Shown: positions 37,265 through 50,700 of the stretch, one piece after another | Layout: the number at the start of each line of letters is the position of its first letter | Numbering within the stretch: the first letter of the stretch is position 1 | Assembly (NCBI RefSeq): GCF_964204645.1 | Contig: NC_134027.1 | Location: forward strand, 14,106,485-14,170,484 | Length of the DNA stretch: 64,000 nt | Reading direction: 5' to 3' | Source: Tubulanus polymorphus | Lineage: Eukaryota; Animalia; Nemertea | Notes under the pieces: generated by a model | The model's input: the letters and a program-made list of their open reading frames with translations, nothing else | What the model was told of the DNA's origin: nothing | The model's database searches: none | Position numbers and translations under genes: made by a program

Positions 37265-40200
37265 GCAACCTTGAATCAAGATATCACTCGGATTGTCATT
37301 CGATGGAACGTACATCCAGTGACCCCCTGGAACCTGTTTCTTGATTATTTTCACCCTATTTTTTATGAAAACAAGAAGGGATTTAGTTGATTTTATCCAT
37401 CCAAGGGTTACCAAACTATCAGACCAGAGATGTATATCTAAGTCCAATTCTGAGCTATCAACAACCTGTTTAGCGAGCTGTGATGCAACGACTGCAGCGC
37501 ACAATTCTATGCGGTATGGAAATTGGTTTTGTCAGCGCTACTTTACTTTTGGCGAGAGCAAGATAACAGGCCAACAGCTGTGGGAAACAAAGATATGCAG
37601 TTGCACCATATGCCTTCGAAGATGCGTCCGCCAAGACGTGTAATTGCTGTGGACCCGAATTTGCCGCTGATACTGGCAATCGTTCAACAATCGTTGAAGC
37701 TACAGGCTATAGTGCATTCGCGGAAACTACAGTCATAAACAATGTGCACGGGTGTCGTAGGCGACTTGCGGAAAACCGGGTGATGAGGTATATAGTGTGC
37801 GGATGAGTGATCATCGACCTCTTCTAGCGGTACCAACTCAATAAAACCACGTAATTCTTGATCCAATATCAAATCAGAGTATAAACTGAATAAATGTGGA
37901 TCTTTAGCTAATTTACGTGCAGTAGCACGAGTACGAGCAGAACAAACTGCGATACTCGATGGCAGAGTCCCAAAATTGTCCTTCCATGGGAATTGTGCTA
38001 TGTACCGACCTTCTTCATCCCTAGTGATTGTGCTATTATTATCTATGCATGAATTCAGAATCAGGACCGCCTGACAATTCAGATCTGCCTTCCCAGAAAT
38101 TCTTCAATTCTAGGTCATAAGCTATAGCTAGTCTTCCTTGGAAGAGTGAACATCCACCGTTATCGAGTAATTATCTAGGTTATAATGACTTTTATCAATA
38201 GTAAGCATAGATGACGCAGAACAATCATGACAGGAATCTGAAAGATCACAAACTGGACCGGAGAGAACATACCCAACTTTAGTTTTGACTGCAACAGGGT
38301 CTAAATCAGTCAATCCCTGAATGAACTCCCCTTCTATGAATTGATAATACTGGTCAGCTCCAATAAGGATCTGAATATCAAAATCTCCTCCCGATGAGCA
38401 CCAGTGACTAGCGAAATTCAACCCAGCAAAAGTGGTACAATTTTGAACCTCTTCCAACGATGGCACAATCAAAGATGTTGTGATTTTTGGCATCACAATA
38501 AGATCGACTAATACCGACTCTGATGGATCGATGGACTGAACGGAGATTCGCACTACGTCACATGCCCGACATTCGACAAACTGCGCACCGAACTCTGAAA
38601 AATCTACAATTTCGCGCCGTATAGGCTGCAACTCGAGTAACTCTGTTAACGGTTCGGATATAAAAGATCGTTTAGCCCCATCATCAAAAACAATATTAGC
38701 GAGCGTACTTGTATTATGATTATCTATATCAAAAACCTTAACGAGGGCAGTTTTTAAAAGTACACCGTTTCGCGTATTTGTTTACCCTGATTAACTCGAT
38801 CGCGCCGTTTGAGAGTATGTGGCCGACGGACGTGACTGGGCTGCGTATCAAAAACCTTATCCACTCTACCAGCTGACTCTGAAATTTGCAAATTTTGAGA
38901 ATTAGTATTTGAACTGTAACTGAAATGTCCAGGACATATGCTGCTATGATGTTTACGTTTACATAACTTGCATGAGAATTTAGAACTGTACTCAGAAACA
39001 CGATGTGGCCCTGAACAATTGTAACATAGTCTATGACTTTGAACGAAAGGAACACGTTGATCATGTGTGACAGTTTGACACTTTTTCGTAATACTTGGAT
39101 ACTTAAAAATGACAGATATTGATTAAGGATGACCTAGGGAAAAGATTGCCATATGTTTCATGAATGTGAGATTGCCATATGTTTCATGAATGTGCACAAA
39201 TTTTGAATTAAAAATGCCAAGAAGCGTTAATTAGGTCAGTTGGGTCAGTTAAGTGCCTTAATACACAACTTAAGAATTGCTTTTTGGGGGTCACCTATGA
39301 TCTATGATAGAAGCATATATTCCAGCCCCTAAACCTTTTGTACCTAAGATGTGAAACCAATATTTCTGGGCTCCCGGACTAGGAGGGGGGTAAACATTTT
39401 GCATATGGGCAGCCCCAATTCAGAATTTGTAATAATTCATTCTATCATCCACAATACAAATAAGTTCTTGTTAATGAGTAATTATGATGCATGTACTTTG
39501 TATGGTTTTATTTTCAGGATTGATAGATGCACATACTCACCCAGTGTGGGCTGGAGATAGAGTTGATGAGTTCAGTTTAAAAGTAAGTACTCAGTGCTTG
39601 AAATTAATCCAAAAATATTGCAGTAATATCAAGTTTTTTGTGGTCTTATACTCATGATGACATTAGATGTGTGGCGTGGGCACGGTTTCCGTGAGGCTGT
39701 TTTTACGGTTAAATGGACACAGCCAAAAGTGGTCCTATTTTCCCCCGGATCCTTAAAAATTTCTCTGAGGAATTGCGAAAAGAAATTGATTATTATAGTG
39801 TTTTTATTTTAGTTAATTTCAATGTAACGATTGATTCGAAAATGCACGGCTGATGATGTAGTTCAATAGTAATAGTAATGATAATGTAGTAGGTAGCATA
39901 CCTACCTTCCCTACAAAGCATACAGTAATTGTAGGACAGTAGGTCAATGACATTCCTACCCACCCTATTTTCCATAATGGTATTGTACACACACATAAGC
40001 CTTTGAAACTGTGTATAAGCAGTCTTCTCTCTGCGATACTTCAATGAATGAATGAAGTTCATACAACAAACACTACTCTGTGGTAGTTTTGTTCTGTGGT
40101 AGTTTTGTAGAATTTTTCTCCATCAATGTGTAATGCGCTTCCAGATGGTATTGGCAACCTGCGTGCGTTGGGCCATAAACTAAAAAAAAAACCTACTGAG

Positions 40201-42258
40201 AACGAACTCAAATCACAACGAACTCTAAAAATAAAATACAATATATATACGTTTATTAAGACAATAAGTAATAGAGCAATGAAATATTATCTAAAACCAA
40301 TCACTAAACCAAACCAAATTTCACCCAAGTTGTACCCAATCCCAACCGTATTGTGTAACCAAATTAACTCAAAATTAACCCAACTAGTTACAAAATATTA
40401 ACTTTTATCGATGCATTATTTCCTGAATAATTTTATCTAACAACGATTAAATTGAATTTTGAATTAAAGATATTTGAATGATACTCAACAACAGTGTCCA
40501 AATACAATCGCGCTATCGAACCGCAACACATCGCTGTGTGTACAAAATACACGGGAATTGTATCGGTACGATAAACCAATAGTAGTTGAAAACGAATCAC
40601 GAACCAGTTTAGTTGAACCAATAGTCTCTAGAAGTAGACGACGAATTAAAAAATTGATCCTCCGTATATGACTATGATCACGAAATTTTCAAATCGGAAT
40701 AAAATCCATAATGCTTGCAAATGTCTACATAACTATGGTCAAAGATTCGTAAAGACTTAGTGAATTTTTTGGTATCGTAGAACAGTATGATTTAAGTAGT
40801 CGAATGTCTTTACTACTGATATGATATTCGCGGTCATAAATTATCTAGCTAAAAACTGCTATTATAAAAGAATTGTTGCTATTGCAAAACTTCTCTTGTA
40901 GAAAAATACTTCACTTTATAACGGAATTTCCATCTTCAGTAATCCAGCTAACAATGATGAACAAAAATCCTTTCAAAAATCCATGACGGATCAGATGAAA
41001 TTCAGTACAGCGATTAAGAATCAGTTAATCCTTTGATAGGAGTTAAACTAAAATAGCGGGAAGCTGTGTGGCAACCCCTGCTGCTGTTTAGAGATCCAAA
41101 AAACAACTCCCTCACCCCAGTCTAACAGGATGTCACATGCCCTTGAAATTCGGAGGAATCTATTAAGTAGCCCTCAGAAATAGAGTAAAATAGTTCAAAC
41201 TTAAAATGATGAAATACATATCAAATATACCACCAGGTGTAGGTTCTGAGATGAAAGAATGAATGTAACTAATTGGAAAATCTTAGAAATCTATGAAGAT
41301 TTTTTAGAACGCAGAATTAATGAAATGTACTAATACATAACATAGTACCATGCCTAAAAAGGATAATCAGCTGATACTGCAAAGCTGCATCCCAACCAAC
41401 GGATTTCGAGAATACGGCAATAACTCACCAAAAGGAGAAGAGCAGTTTCCCACCCAAGATTGCGAATACCGGGTTAGATACAAATTCCCGGAAAAATATA
41501 CCTAGTATAATCCTACTAGCTATTACTATATATTGTAGATTATATAAATGAACTAATCCTATCTACCTCAATAAAAAATACACCTTAAATAGACAAGGGT
41601 CACAAATGACTAATGGACATTTTTTACCATCTCCATCATGGCAACCCTGTGTCATGTTGCAAACTTCGGAACAACTGATAACTTACGTTGGCATCGGAAT
41701 CAGCTCTCCCAGATTCCATCTTATTTACCAGAATGAACGTATAAATTCATTTACAGGATACACAGTTTATATACAACTTTATAGCAGATTACAGAGTGTT
41801 CTTTGGGACTTCAAGTAGAGTATCTGTTTAACTCAGACAATAATTATATAGAGATTGTGATGAAATGAAGAATAGGAAATATCTAGTAAATAACCATGAA
41901 TGATGAAGGATAACTAATGTTACCAATATTATAGGCTCATTATAACCACAAGGTGCTAAAGACTATTCTACATTGGATGTTGTTTCATTTAAGAACTGTT
42001 TATTATTGTTTCATTTCTATCATATCTGAGAAGTGTTAATCCTTTAAAGAATTACGGGATTATGGGGGGGGGGGGGGCAGACAGACTCTGGTCATACATA
42101 TCTAGTTTATACTAGCAAATGTATAAACATTCAGTGCATATGTTTTCCTGATATGTATGTGTTTTTCTGATATGTATGAATTTTTCTGATCTCCTCTAGG
42201 TTGTTCACGCTTAACAGGGATAAGCCAGGTGCCAGGTATAGTTGCATGCACAGTTCTG

Positions 42259-42465
42259 CCCAAGTAACAAAATAATGTTCCCACAACGTTGATCAAAAGT
42301 TTTTGATACAACATAGCGACATTATGAATACATCCTATTTGAACATTCAAAAACGTTATGTTGTCAGGTTGTAATAACGTCATCGGAGGTTGTAGATAGG
42401 TTACATTGAAACACTCTTTGAAAACTTTGTACAAACATTGACACACGTTACAAAAAAACATATGT
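42259..42465 (+). mobile_element. EnSpm/CACTA-like terminal fragment
   Basis: CCCAAGTAACA start followed by repeated AACGTT/AACATT motifs. Confidence 0.4.
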
Positions 42466-42977
42466 TTTATATATTCATACGATCACAAATTATATTTTCA
42501 TTTTTCTATGCACAAAACTAAAAACAAAAATGTTTTCGATAAAACGAATACTATAGAAATGATGATGATAATAAGGATGATTTAGTTGACATCCTCGGAA
42601 ACTGGTGCTATTAAATTTGCTTCAGCCCGGAAAATAAAGTATTCACATTAAACATCATCGATAGTCTTTCTTGAATTGTTTATAGAATTTAAATCAGATA
42701 AATTGCACATATTCATTTAATACACAGTTTATAATTCTATTTTTATGGTTCAAATCTTGCCTGGGTTCAAATTACAACACACAATTAGCACAAATCTCAA
42801 CTAGAGTTGATAATAAATGGGTTAAACATCATATAATTTTGGATTAAGTTACATCAAATTGCATGCCCAGTATACAGTTTCTACGATAGGTAAAACACAA
42901 TATCCGTGTTGACGCGATGAGGAGAGAATCCCACAATGATAATAAAAAGTCCGAAAATGAAACTTCGAGATAGTAGT

Positions 42978-43023
42978 TTATTCAACGTTTCGACTATATC
43001 CTAATAGTCATCTTCAGGAATAA
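42978..43023 (-). ncRNA. Minimal type I hammerhead ribozyme (PLE2 left arm)
   Basis: Reverse complement of 46811-46856. Confidence 0.88.
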
Positions 43024-43332
43024 TGAGATACTACAGAAATTATGAGATATATATACAATCCAGGGACAAAGAGACTAATTCAAGTAATCAGAGATGATAC
43101 AAACTAAAGGAAAATTAACGTAGAAACAGTTACACGCTAAAATAGATTAAAGGGAAGCAAACTAAGGGGTGATTATAAACAACAATAGTGAGTATAATTA
43201 TAAATGAAACTTAAAGTCAGTAGTAAAAAGAAAGACAAACTAAGGGGCACTTAAATTAAAACAAAGGTGAATACAAGTTAAGTCAGAGACGAAATTGATG
43301 AGAGAACAAATAACAAATAATCAAAGGGGAAA

Positions 43333-44395
43333 TCAAGTGTTGAGTTTAACCAGTTTACAGAGGAATTTTGATATAAGTTTATTATGGGGTGAAAAACCAT
43401 TGTTAAGGTTTACAACGTTGTTCGAATTTTCAATAATTAATGCAGATTCCAAAATATGTCTTCTAGTTTTATCGCTGCAAGGGTAAACTAATTCAGCATT
43501 AGCAAAATCAAAATTGTGTGAAGTCTGAAAAACATGACTAGCAACTCCGCTTTCAGGTTTAAAGTTTTTTACATCTAATTTATGCTCTTTTATGCGTTGA
43601 TTAAGATTCCGACCTGTTTCTCCTATATATACTTTGTCGCAAACTTTACAAGGTATTTTATAAATTCCACAGTTTAGGGATTCGGTTTTCGGTTTGTTGT
43701 TAATCAATATGTTACTAAGTTTATTATTGTATTTAAAGATGAGTTGTTTATTTAGTGACCGAAGAGAAACTTTAGAATTCTCGAGGAAAGGTACATATGG
43801 TACAATGATAAGCTGTTTATCGGTAGCCAACGTAGGAGTTCTAAGGTTGTTATTTCTAAAATGCGTAGTACGAGCTTTAAGTAGAGCTTTTTTCAATAGG
43901 AAATCGGGGTAGGCAAGTTTTTTGAGAGATTGGTTAATATGGTGAATTTCATCGGGTAGAAATGAGGGGTCGCAAATTCTCAAAGCGCGAAGAAATAATC
44001 CTTGAGCTAAACCGAGTTTAATATCCGGAGAAGTAAAAGAGAAGTAATGGAGGTAGGATTCAGCGTTGGTAGGTTTCCTATAAACCGCAAATTTCAAAAA
44101 GGATCCACAGTTAAAAATCAAAACATCCAGAAAAGGTATTTTACTATTAGATTCCCATTCATACGTAAAAGCCAGAGACGGGTAAAGGGAGTTTAAATAT
44201 ATAAGAAAGTTATCAACATTGAAGTCAAAGGGAACCAAAGCCAGAACATCGTCAACATATCTGAGCCAGATTTTAGGGTGAATATCAGTGTAAAGAGGCA
44301 ATATTTCAGATTCAACATGTTCTAGGAATAAATTAGCTAGAATAGGACTTAGAGGATTTCCCATAGCGATACCGAATGTCTGTTCGTAAAAACAA
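43333..44395 (-). pseudogene. Inverted duplicate of the C-terminal half of the PLE2 ORF
   Basis: 343-aa translation identical to the end of 44402..46501. Confidence 0.95.
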
Positions 44396-44401
44396 AATTA
44401 T

Positions 44402-46501
44402 TTGAAGTCACACGTACCGGACCTATTCCTCTGGAAATCGCTCTCCACTATTGTTCAAGGCTCTGGAAAATATCATCAGCACAGAAAGTCTGTGGATCTT
44501 ACCAACCAACTGAATAAACTCATTGATTCCAGCCCTTGGACTAGATTTAGCAACACCGAAAACATAGTAAATTTGTCTTCAACCACGTTATCTTCTACTC
44601 AGTGTCAACTTCTCGGCTACGGTTTGAATTTTTCTCTTCCTCATCAAGATAAACATGTTTTAGACTTTGTCACCCAATTGGAATATCGCAAATCATCTCC
44701 GAACAGTTTGGACTATAACTTTATATTCATGAATCTACAGGCTATATGCGATCAACTCAACAGGAACCTTTTTGAATATCTACCTCGTCGATTTCGGCTC
44801 GCCCTCCAAGAACTACGGAAGTTAAAGACTATTAAAATATCTAAGGCTGATAAAGGTGGCAAGATTGTGATTTTAGATCTGGATAATTATAATGTTAAAA
44901 TGCAATCTCTCTTGGATAATCCTGGTGTTTATAAGAAACTTAAATCGAATCCTCTTCCTCGTATGCAAGCTAATTTCAACAGAAGTCTTTCGGATATTAT
45001 TAAACGTTTCCCCTCCGCTAAAGAAACTCTGAATAAGTTCCATTCACGTCTTCCCTCTTTACCATATATCTATGGATTGCCTAAAATTCATAAAGATAAT
45101 GTTCCACTGCGCCCTATAGTCTCCAATTGTAATTCTCCTACATACCGGTTATCTAAATTTCTCGCGAAACAGTTATCTCCGGTGCTCGGTTCGTTCTCTC
45201 CGTCGCACCTTCGCCATAATCAACACTTACTTGAACGTATTAAGAATATTATCCCTGGCAACGACAAATTTATATCATTTGATGTTACTTCCCTTTTTAC
45301 CAATGTTCCTCTTGGACCTACTCTTGATTTCTTAAAACGCAGATTACAATCACTTAACATTAACTTCGACATTCCTACGGATTGTATCATCGACCTTATC
45401 TCTATTTGTACGACGGACTCCTTTTTTGAATTCAACAATTGTTTTTACGAACAGACATTCGGTATCGCTATGGGAAATCCTCTAAGTCCTATTCTAGCTA
45501 ATTTATTCCTAGAACATGTTGAATCTGAAATATTGCCTCTTTACACTGATATTCACCCTAAAATCTGGCTCAGATATGTTGACGATGTTCTGGCTTTGGT
45601 TCCCTTTGACTTCAATGTTGATAACTTTCTTATATATTTAAACTCCCTTTACCCGTCTCTGGCTTTTACGTATGAATGGGAATCTAATAGTAAAATACCT
45701 TTTCTGGATGTTTTGATTTTTAACTGTGGATCCTTTTTGAAATTTGCGGTTTATAGGAAACCTACCAACGCTGAATCCTACCTCCATTACTTCTCTTTTA
45801 CTTCTCCGGATATTAAACTCGGTTTAGCTCAAGGATTATTTCTTCGCGCTTTGAGAATTTGCGACCCCTCATTTCTACCCGATGAAATTCACCATATTAA
45901 CCAATCTCTCAAAAAACTTGCCTACCCCGATTTCCTATTGAAAAAAGCTCTACTTAAAGCTCGTACTACGCATTTTAGAAATAACAACCTTAGAACTCCT
46001 ACGTTGGCTACCGATAAACAGCTTATCATTGTACCATATGTACCTTTCCTCGAGAATTCTAAAGTTTCTCTTCGGTCACTAAATAAACAACTCATCTTTA
46101 AATACAATAATAAACTTAGTAACATATTGATTAACAACAAACCGAAAACCGAATCCCTAAACTGTGGAATTTATAAAATACCTTGTAAAGTTTGCGACAA
46201 AGTATATATAGGAGAAACAGGTCGGAATCTTAATCAACGCATAAAAGAGCATAAATTAGATGTAAAAAACTTTAAACCTGAAAGCGGAGTTGCTAGTCAT
46301 GTTTTTCAGACTTCACACAATTTTGATTTTGCTAATGCTGAATTAGTTTACCCTTGCAGCGATAAAACTAGAAGACATATTTTGGAATCTGCATTAATTA
46401 TTGAAAATTCGAACAACGTTGTAAACCTTAACAATGGTTTTTCACCCCATAATAAACTTATATCAAAATTCCTCTGTAAACTGGTTAAACTCAACACTTG
46501 A
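44402..46501 (+). CDS. Penelope RT + GIY-YIG endonuclease, uninterrupted 699 aa but 5'-truncated
   Basis: KADKGG, YGLPKIHK..PLRPIVS, SFDVTSLFTNVP, MGNPLSP, LRYVDD, VYRKPT, GIYKIPC..C..YIGETGR..R..EH, LESALI..N..NG. Confidence 0.95.
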   Translation: MKSHVPDLFLWKSLSTIVQGSGKYHQHRKSVDLTNQLNKLIDSSPWTRFSNTENIVNLSSTTLSSTQCQLLGYGLNFSLPHQDKHVLDFVTQLEYRKSSPNSLDYNFIFMNLQAICDQLNRNLFEYLPRRFRLALQELRKLKTIKISKADKGGKIVILDLDNYNVKMQSLLDNPGVYKKLKSNPLPRMQANFNRSLSDIIKRFPSAKETLNKFHSRLPSLPYIYGLPKIHKDNVPLRPIVSNCNSPTYRLSKFLAKQLSPVLGSFSPSHLRHNQHLLERIKNIIPGNDKFISFDVTSLFTNVPLGPTLDFLKRRLQSLNINFDIPTDCIIDLISICTTDSFFEFNNCFYEQTFGIAMGNPLSPILANLFLEHVESEILPLYTDIHPKIWLRYVDDVLALVPFDFNVDNFLIYLNSLYPSLAFTYEWESNSKIPFLDVLIFNCGSFLKFAVYRKPTNAESYLHYFSFTSPDIKLGLAQGLFLRALRICDPSFLPDEIHHINQSLKKLAYPDFLLKKALLKARTTHFRNNNLRTPTLATDKQLIIVPYVPFLENSKVSLRSLNKQLIFKYNNKLSNILINNKPKTESLNCGIYKIPCKVCDKVYIGETGRNLNQRIKEHKLDVKNFKPESGVASHVFQTSHNFDFANAELVYPCSDKTRRHILESALIIENSNNVVNLNNGFSPHNKLISKFLCKLVKLNT

Positions 46502-46810
46502 TTTCCCCTTTGATTATTTGTTATTTGTTCTCTCATCAATTTCGTCTCTGACTTAACTTGTATTCACCTTTGTTTTAATTTAAGTGCCCCTTAGTTTGTC
46601 TTTCTTTTTACTACTGACTTTAAGTTTCATTTATAATTATACTCACTATTGTTGTTTATAATCACCCCTTAGTTTGCTTCCCTTTAATCTATTTTAGCGT
46701 GTAACTGTTTCTACGTTAATTTTCCTTTAGTTTGTATCATCTCTGATTACTTGAATTAGTCTCTTTGTCCCTGGATTGTATATATATCTCATAATTTCTG
46801 TAGTATCTCA

Positions 46811-46856
46811 TTATTCCTGAAGATGACTATTAGGATATAGTCGAAACGTTGAATAA
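46811..46856 (+). ncRNA. Minimal type I hammerhead ribozyme (PLE2 right arm)
   Basis: TTATTC-CTGAAGA-T-GACTAT(taggat)ATAGTC-GAAA-CGTT-GAATAA: 6-bp stem I, 6-bp stem II, palindromic ACGT stem III. Confidence 0.88.
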
Positions 46857-47071
46857 ACTACTATCTCGAAGTTTCATTTTCGGACTTTTTATTATCATTG
46901 TGGGATTCTCTCCTCATACAGTTTCTAGCTTCATGATTTCTAAATTATAGTTAGCCTATGTAGCCTATAGTGAATAGTTGATTAGTGAATTGTTTCACTC
47001 TTTTCATTTTGACTTGAAATTTAGGCTAAAATATTCTCTGTGGGAACCCTGCAAAGATGATATATTTCTAG

Positions 47072-47443
47072 TTAGTTGGACTTACCAGTCAAATGAAGTA
47101 CATTGTGGTATTCATATGCGGCTCGAATTATTCTTCGACACAGCTGGGTGTGCGACTCTTCATTTTTCAAATCTTTGTTTCTTGAATCGCTCTTTGGATT
47201 ACTCCATGGAATGTCTGATGGCCACCATGGCGTTCTTTTTGCCTCATTTCCCCATCTTGGAATTTTTTCGCAATTTGGGTTTTCAATAAGTTTCGATAAT
47301 AATACCACTGTTGGAACTATAACGCGGAGATCAATCAGCGGTATCTTATTTAATGATCGTCCATGCACAATTCTTAAATCTGGGAGCTCATATACAGGTT
47401 CGTCGATAACAATATCCTACGTTGCTGGTGGTGCTATTTCCAT
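47072..47443 (-). pseudogene. Exon encoding a divergent NRF1/EWG/P3A2-like DNA-binding domain
   Basis: YELPDLRI..LRVIVP..PRWGNEAKRTPWWPSDIPWSNPKSDSR..SHTQLCRRIIRAAYEYH resembles my recollection of NRF1 (ELPPL..LRAFIP..PGWGKESCKPIWWPEDIPWANVRSDVR..SWTQALRTIVKNCYKQH). ATG at 47443, in-frame TAG at codon 9, G|GTAAGT donor near 47085. Confidence 0.75.
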
Positions 47444-47782
47444 CGTCGTGTTCTAATCTAATATCGCCCCGATATTAGATTAGCTTAATTTAGCCACGAC
47501 TATATAAACGGAATACTACGCGACATACCCTTGAGTTAAAACCTTCCAATATCAAGAGCTTTAATAGAAGCAACGAGAAAGTCAGCTTTAAACAAAATTA
47601 TCTTTATTAACCACATACTAACCACATACTAACCAACATACTACAAATTCTCCTCCCCTAGGAAAAGAGAAAATCTGACCTCAGATATACATTTGCAATA
47701 AGTCAACAAAACGACATTTTTTACTATTTTTTTATTCCGAATAAAACAACAATTAAAATAATCAGAAATGTAGCAACTCAAA

Positions 47783-50700
47783 TTAACCATTATCATGAAG
47801 CATAGACGCGAGCGCCGACAATAAGGCAGAATTTCCCGCAACACCGGGATCTTTACTCCTCTCGATCAACCACTCAGCTCTATCCTTCCAGGTATCCTTA
47901 GTTACAGTCATCTGATTCAGCACATAATCTCCAGAAGCTACCCAACCAGGCGGTTTTCGTTCACGAACACTCCTTCTAGGAACTTCCGGACTATGTTCAT
48001 CCAAATCATCAGCAACTTCCACATTTCCATTCTCCGAACTTGAGCTACTCTCTGAATCTTCAACCTCGACTTCATCAGAATCCTCATGATCATCAACATC
48101 AGATTCCTCATGAACACCAACAGGATTATCTCGTGGAACTACCAACCAACCATCATCTTCTTCAGAGGAATCAAAACTGGAATCCAAGACAACGGATGGC
48201 TGTTCAGTTTGTTTCTTCAACTCAGGTTTCTTCTTGACAACAGTAGAGACTTTCTTCCTACCTGGATCGTCACGTAGTGGGGCAGCCAACGGTAACAACA
48301 TGTTTCTGTGCATAGTCCGTATTCTACCACCACCAACTGGTTCAACAACATATACTGGCACATCAGGCGACACTCTCCGTTTAACCTCGTACGGTGTTGT
48401 CTCCCACTTGTCTGCAATCTTGTGCTTTCCCTTGAAGCCTACTCTCTTCAACAATACCAGGTCACCTTCGACTAACTCTACACCTCTAGCCTTTCTGTCG
48501 TAATAGACCTTCCTGCTTGCACCAGCATCTATTATCCTTTGTTCTGCCAAATTCCACGCAGTGGTCAAACTTCTTTGTAATCTTTTTGTATATTGAGTAA
48601 GACTTTCACTGGGCAATGTTAAGAAACCATAAGTACCATCGACGGACAATCTCGGATGACGACCAAAAAGCAAATAATATGGTTCATACCCTGTAGTCTC
48701 ATGTGGCGTGCAATTGTATGAATACACCAACGAATTTATGTACTCCGACCAATCAGTCTTCTTATCCTCAGCTAACGAACCCAATAAACGTAATAAACTC
48801 TGGTTGAATCTTTCTACGACTGCATTACCTTCCGGATGATACGGTGTTGTCCTCGACTTATCCATGTTAAACAGCTTACACAACTCCTTGATGATACGAC
48901 CCTCGAAATTCTGTCCTTGGTCTGCGTGGAGACGAGCAGGAGCACCAAACTTGGAGATAACATGGTCGAATAACACACGAGCAGTAGTTTTTGCAGTTTG
49001 GTTACGAGTCGGAATTGCCAATGAATACTTCGTAAAATGATCGGTGATTACAAGGATGTTCTCAAAACCACGCGACTTCTCCAGAAAATCCACACAAAGC
49101 AGTTCAAATGGATATGAGGTCTCAACATTTACGAGTGGAGCAACTTGAGTCGGAGTAGACGTCTTGTGCAGCACACACTGCTTACATGTCTTCAGGTGCG
49201 TCTCAATGTCATTCCTCATACCAGGCCAGTAGAACCGAGTCTTAACAAGTGATAACGTTTTGTCCCTTCCTTGATGTCCCATCTGGTCATGTAATGAGTG
49301 CAACACGTCTTTCCATTCAGATTCTGGTAACAATACACGCTCCTTAACAACACCACGATCTACAATCCGACGATACACCACACCATCTTTCACAGTCAAC
49401 CTCGGAATTTGTCTCCTATACTTCATCTCGCCAGGACCTTCAATCTGAAACTTCTTTTCATCAAGTAAATGTTTCTTCAAACGATTAATAACTGGATCGG
49501 TTTCTTGAAGTTCAATCAACCGTGTTGGATCTACCAGAATTAAATCTTCAAACGTATCATCTTCAACTTCCAACTTTGCAGCACATACAGCAGAAACAAC
49601 ATCACAGGACAACGACTGACAGGTAGCAGTTCTAGACAGAACATCTGCATCAACCATTTCCTTTCCGCTCTGGTACACAATCTCAACGTCGTAGGTAGAG
49701 ATAGCTTGCAGCCAACGATGAGATGTAGCGTCTATCTTTGCTGATTTCAGTACATAGCTCAACGGGTTATTATCTGTTTTCACCAAGACTTTACTCATAT
49801 AGATGTAGTCGTGAAACTTCTCAAGAGCCCACTTGAGTGCCAGGAACTCCAATTTATGGACCTCGTAGTTTTCTTCTGCATGATTCAAAGTGCGACTAGC
49901 ATACCCAATCACATGCAACTTACCATCATCACCAGTCTGGTATAACACGGATCCTAACCCAGATCTAGACGCATCGGTGTGAAGCTCAAAAGGCTTTGAG
50001 TAATCCGCAAACTGAAGTACAGGTGGCGACATTAAACATTCTCTGATACTATCAAAAGCCTTCTGCAGATTCTCATTCCATTCAACTGATTCTTTCTTTC
50101 GACCTTTCTCCGTATACCCAACAAGTAAGTCTGTTAACGGTTTCGCAAGTTTAGAATAACCTTTGATGAATTTCCTATAATACCCACTAAAACCAAGGAA
50201 ACTTCGGACGTCAGCAATCGTCTCAGGAACTGGCCACTTCTTGATCGCCTCAGCCTTCGCAGGATCTGGTTCTAAACCAGCGGCAGACACCTTATGTCCC
50301 AGAGAAACGACGCTCGGTAGACCAAAATCGCATTTCGACGGCTTGAGCTTCAGACCAGCAAGAAACAACCTCTCAAAGACCTCTTCTAGTTTATCCAGGT
50401 GATCATCGAAATCTAGCGCAAAGATACAAATAACGTCTATATACACAAGTACACCTCTCAAACATAAATCTGATAAGCACGTCTTCATGAGCCGCTGGAA
50501 AGTTGCTGGCGCGTTGGTTAATCCGAACGGCATTTGGTTTAATTCGTAGAAGCCATACCCAGGACCAACGTTGAACGCAGTCTTACACTTATCCTCTTCT
50601 TTCATGGACACCTGCCAGTAGCCGGACTTCAAGTCTAAACAGGTAAAGTACTTTGCACCCGACATCCGAGAAAGTAGATCATCGACCCTCGGCAACGGAA

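Larger units (their letters stand above)
30007..39115 (-). mobile_element. Older decayed BEL/Pao LTR retrotransposon (host of the nested element); coding remnants at 30007-31455 and 37265-39115
   Basis: Gag zinc knuckles ~39000; protease region ILIGADQY/TKVGYVLSGP; YIPHHPVFR; RNase H LHVLADASSKAYG and NPSDIL; integrase CGVDFTG, GDFIPKRAPWMGGYWE-like, RPITKLVPLE. RT largely deleted; many stops. Confidence 0.88.
42884..46917. mobile_element. Penelope-like retroelement 2: minus-strand partial copy (44395->42884) joined head-to-head to a longer 5'-truncated plus-strand copy (44396->46917)
   Basis: Inverted arms 42917-44395 / 45439-46917 (1479 bp). TSD ATACAGTTTCTA at 42872-42883 and 46916-46927 (2 nt shared with the arm). 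33-nt tail 42884-42916 on the left arm only. Confidence 0.96.

Noticed and set aside
39143-39195. 27-bp tandem duplication (similar small duplication at ~26960-27095)
   Set aside because: Ordinary local slippage with no further structure.
42180-42330. Possible PHD-finger remnant (WAE/CACNYTWH)
   Set aside because: It needs several frameshifts, and half of it lies in what looks like a transposon terminus starting at 42259.
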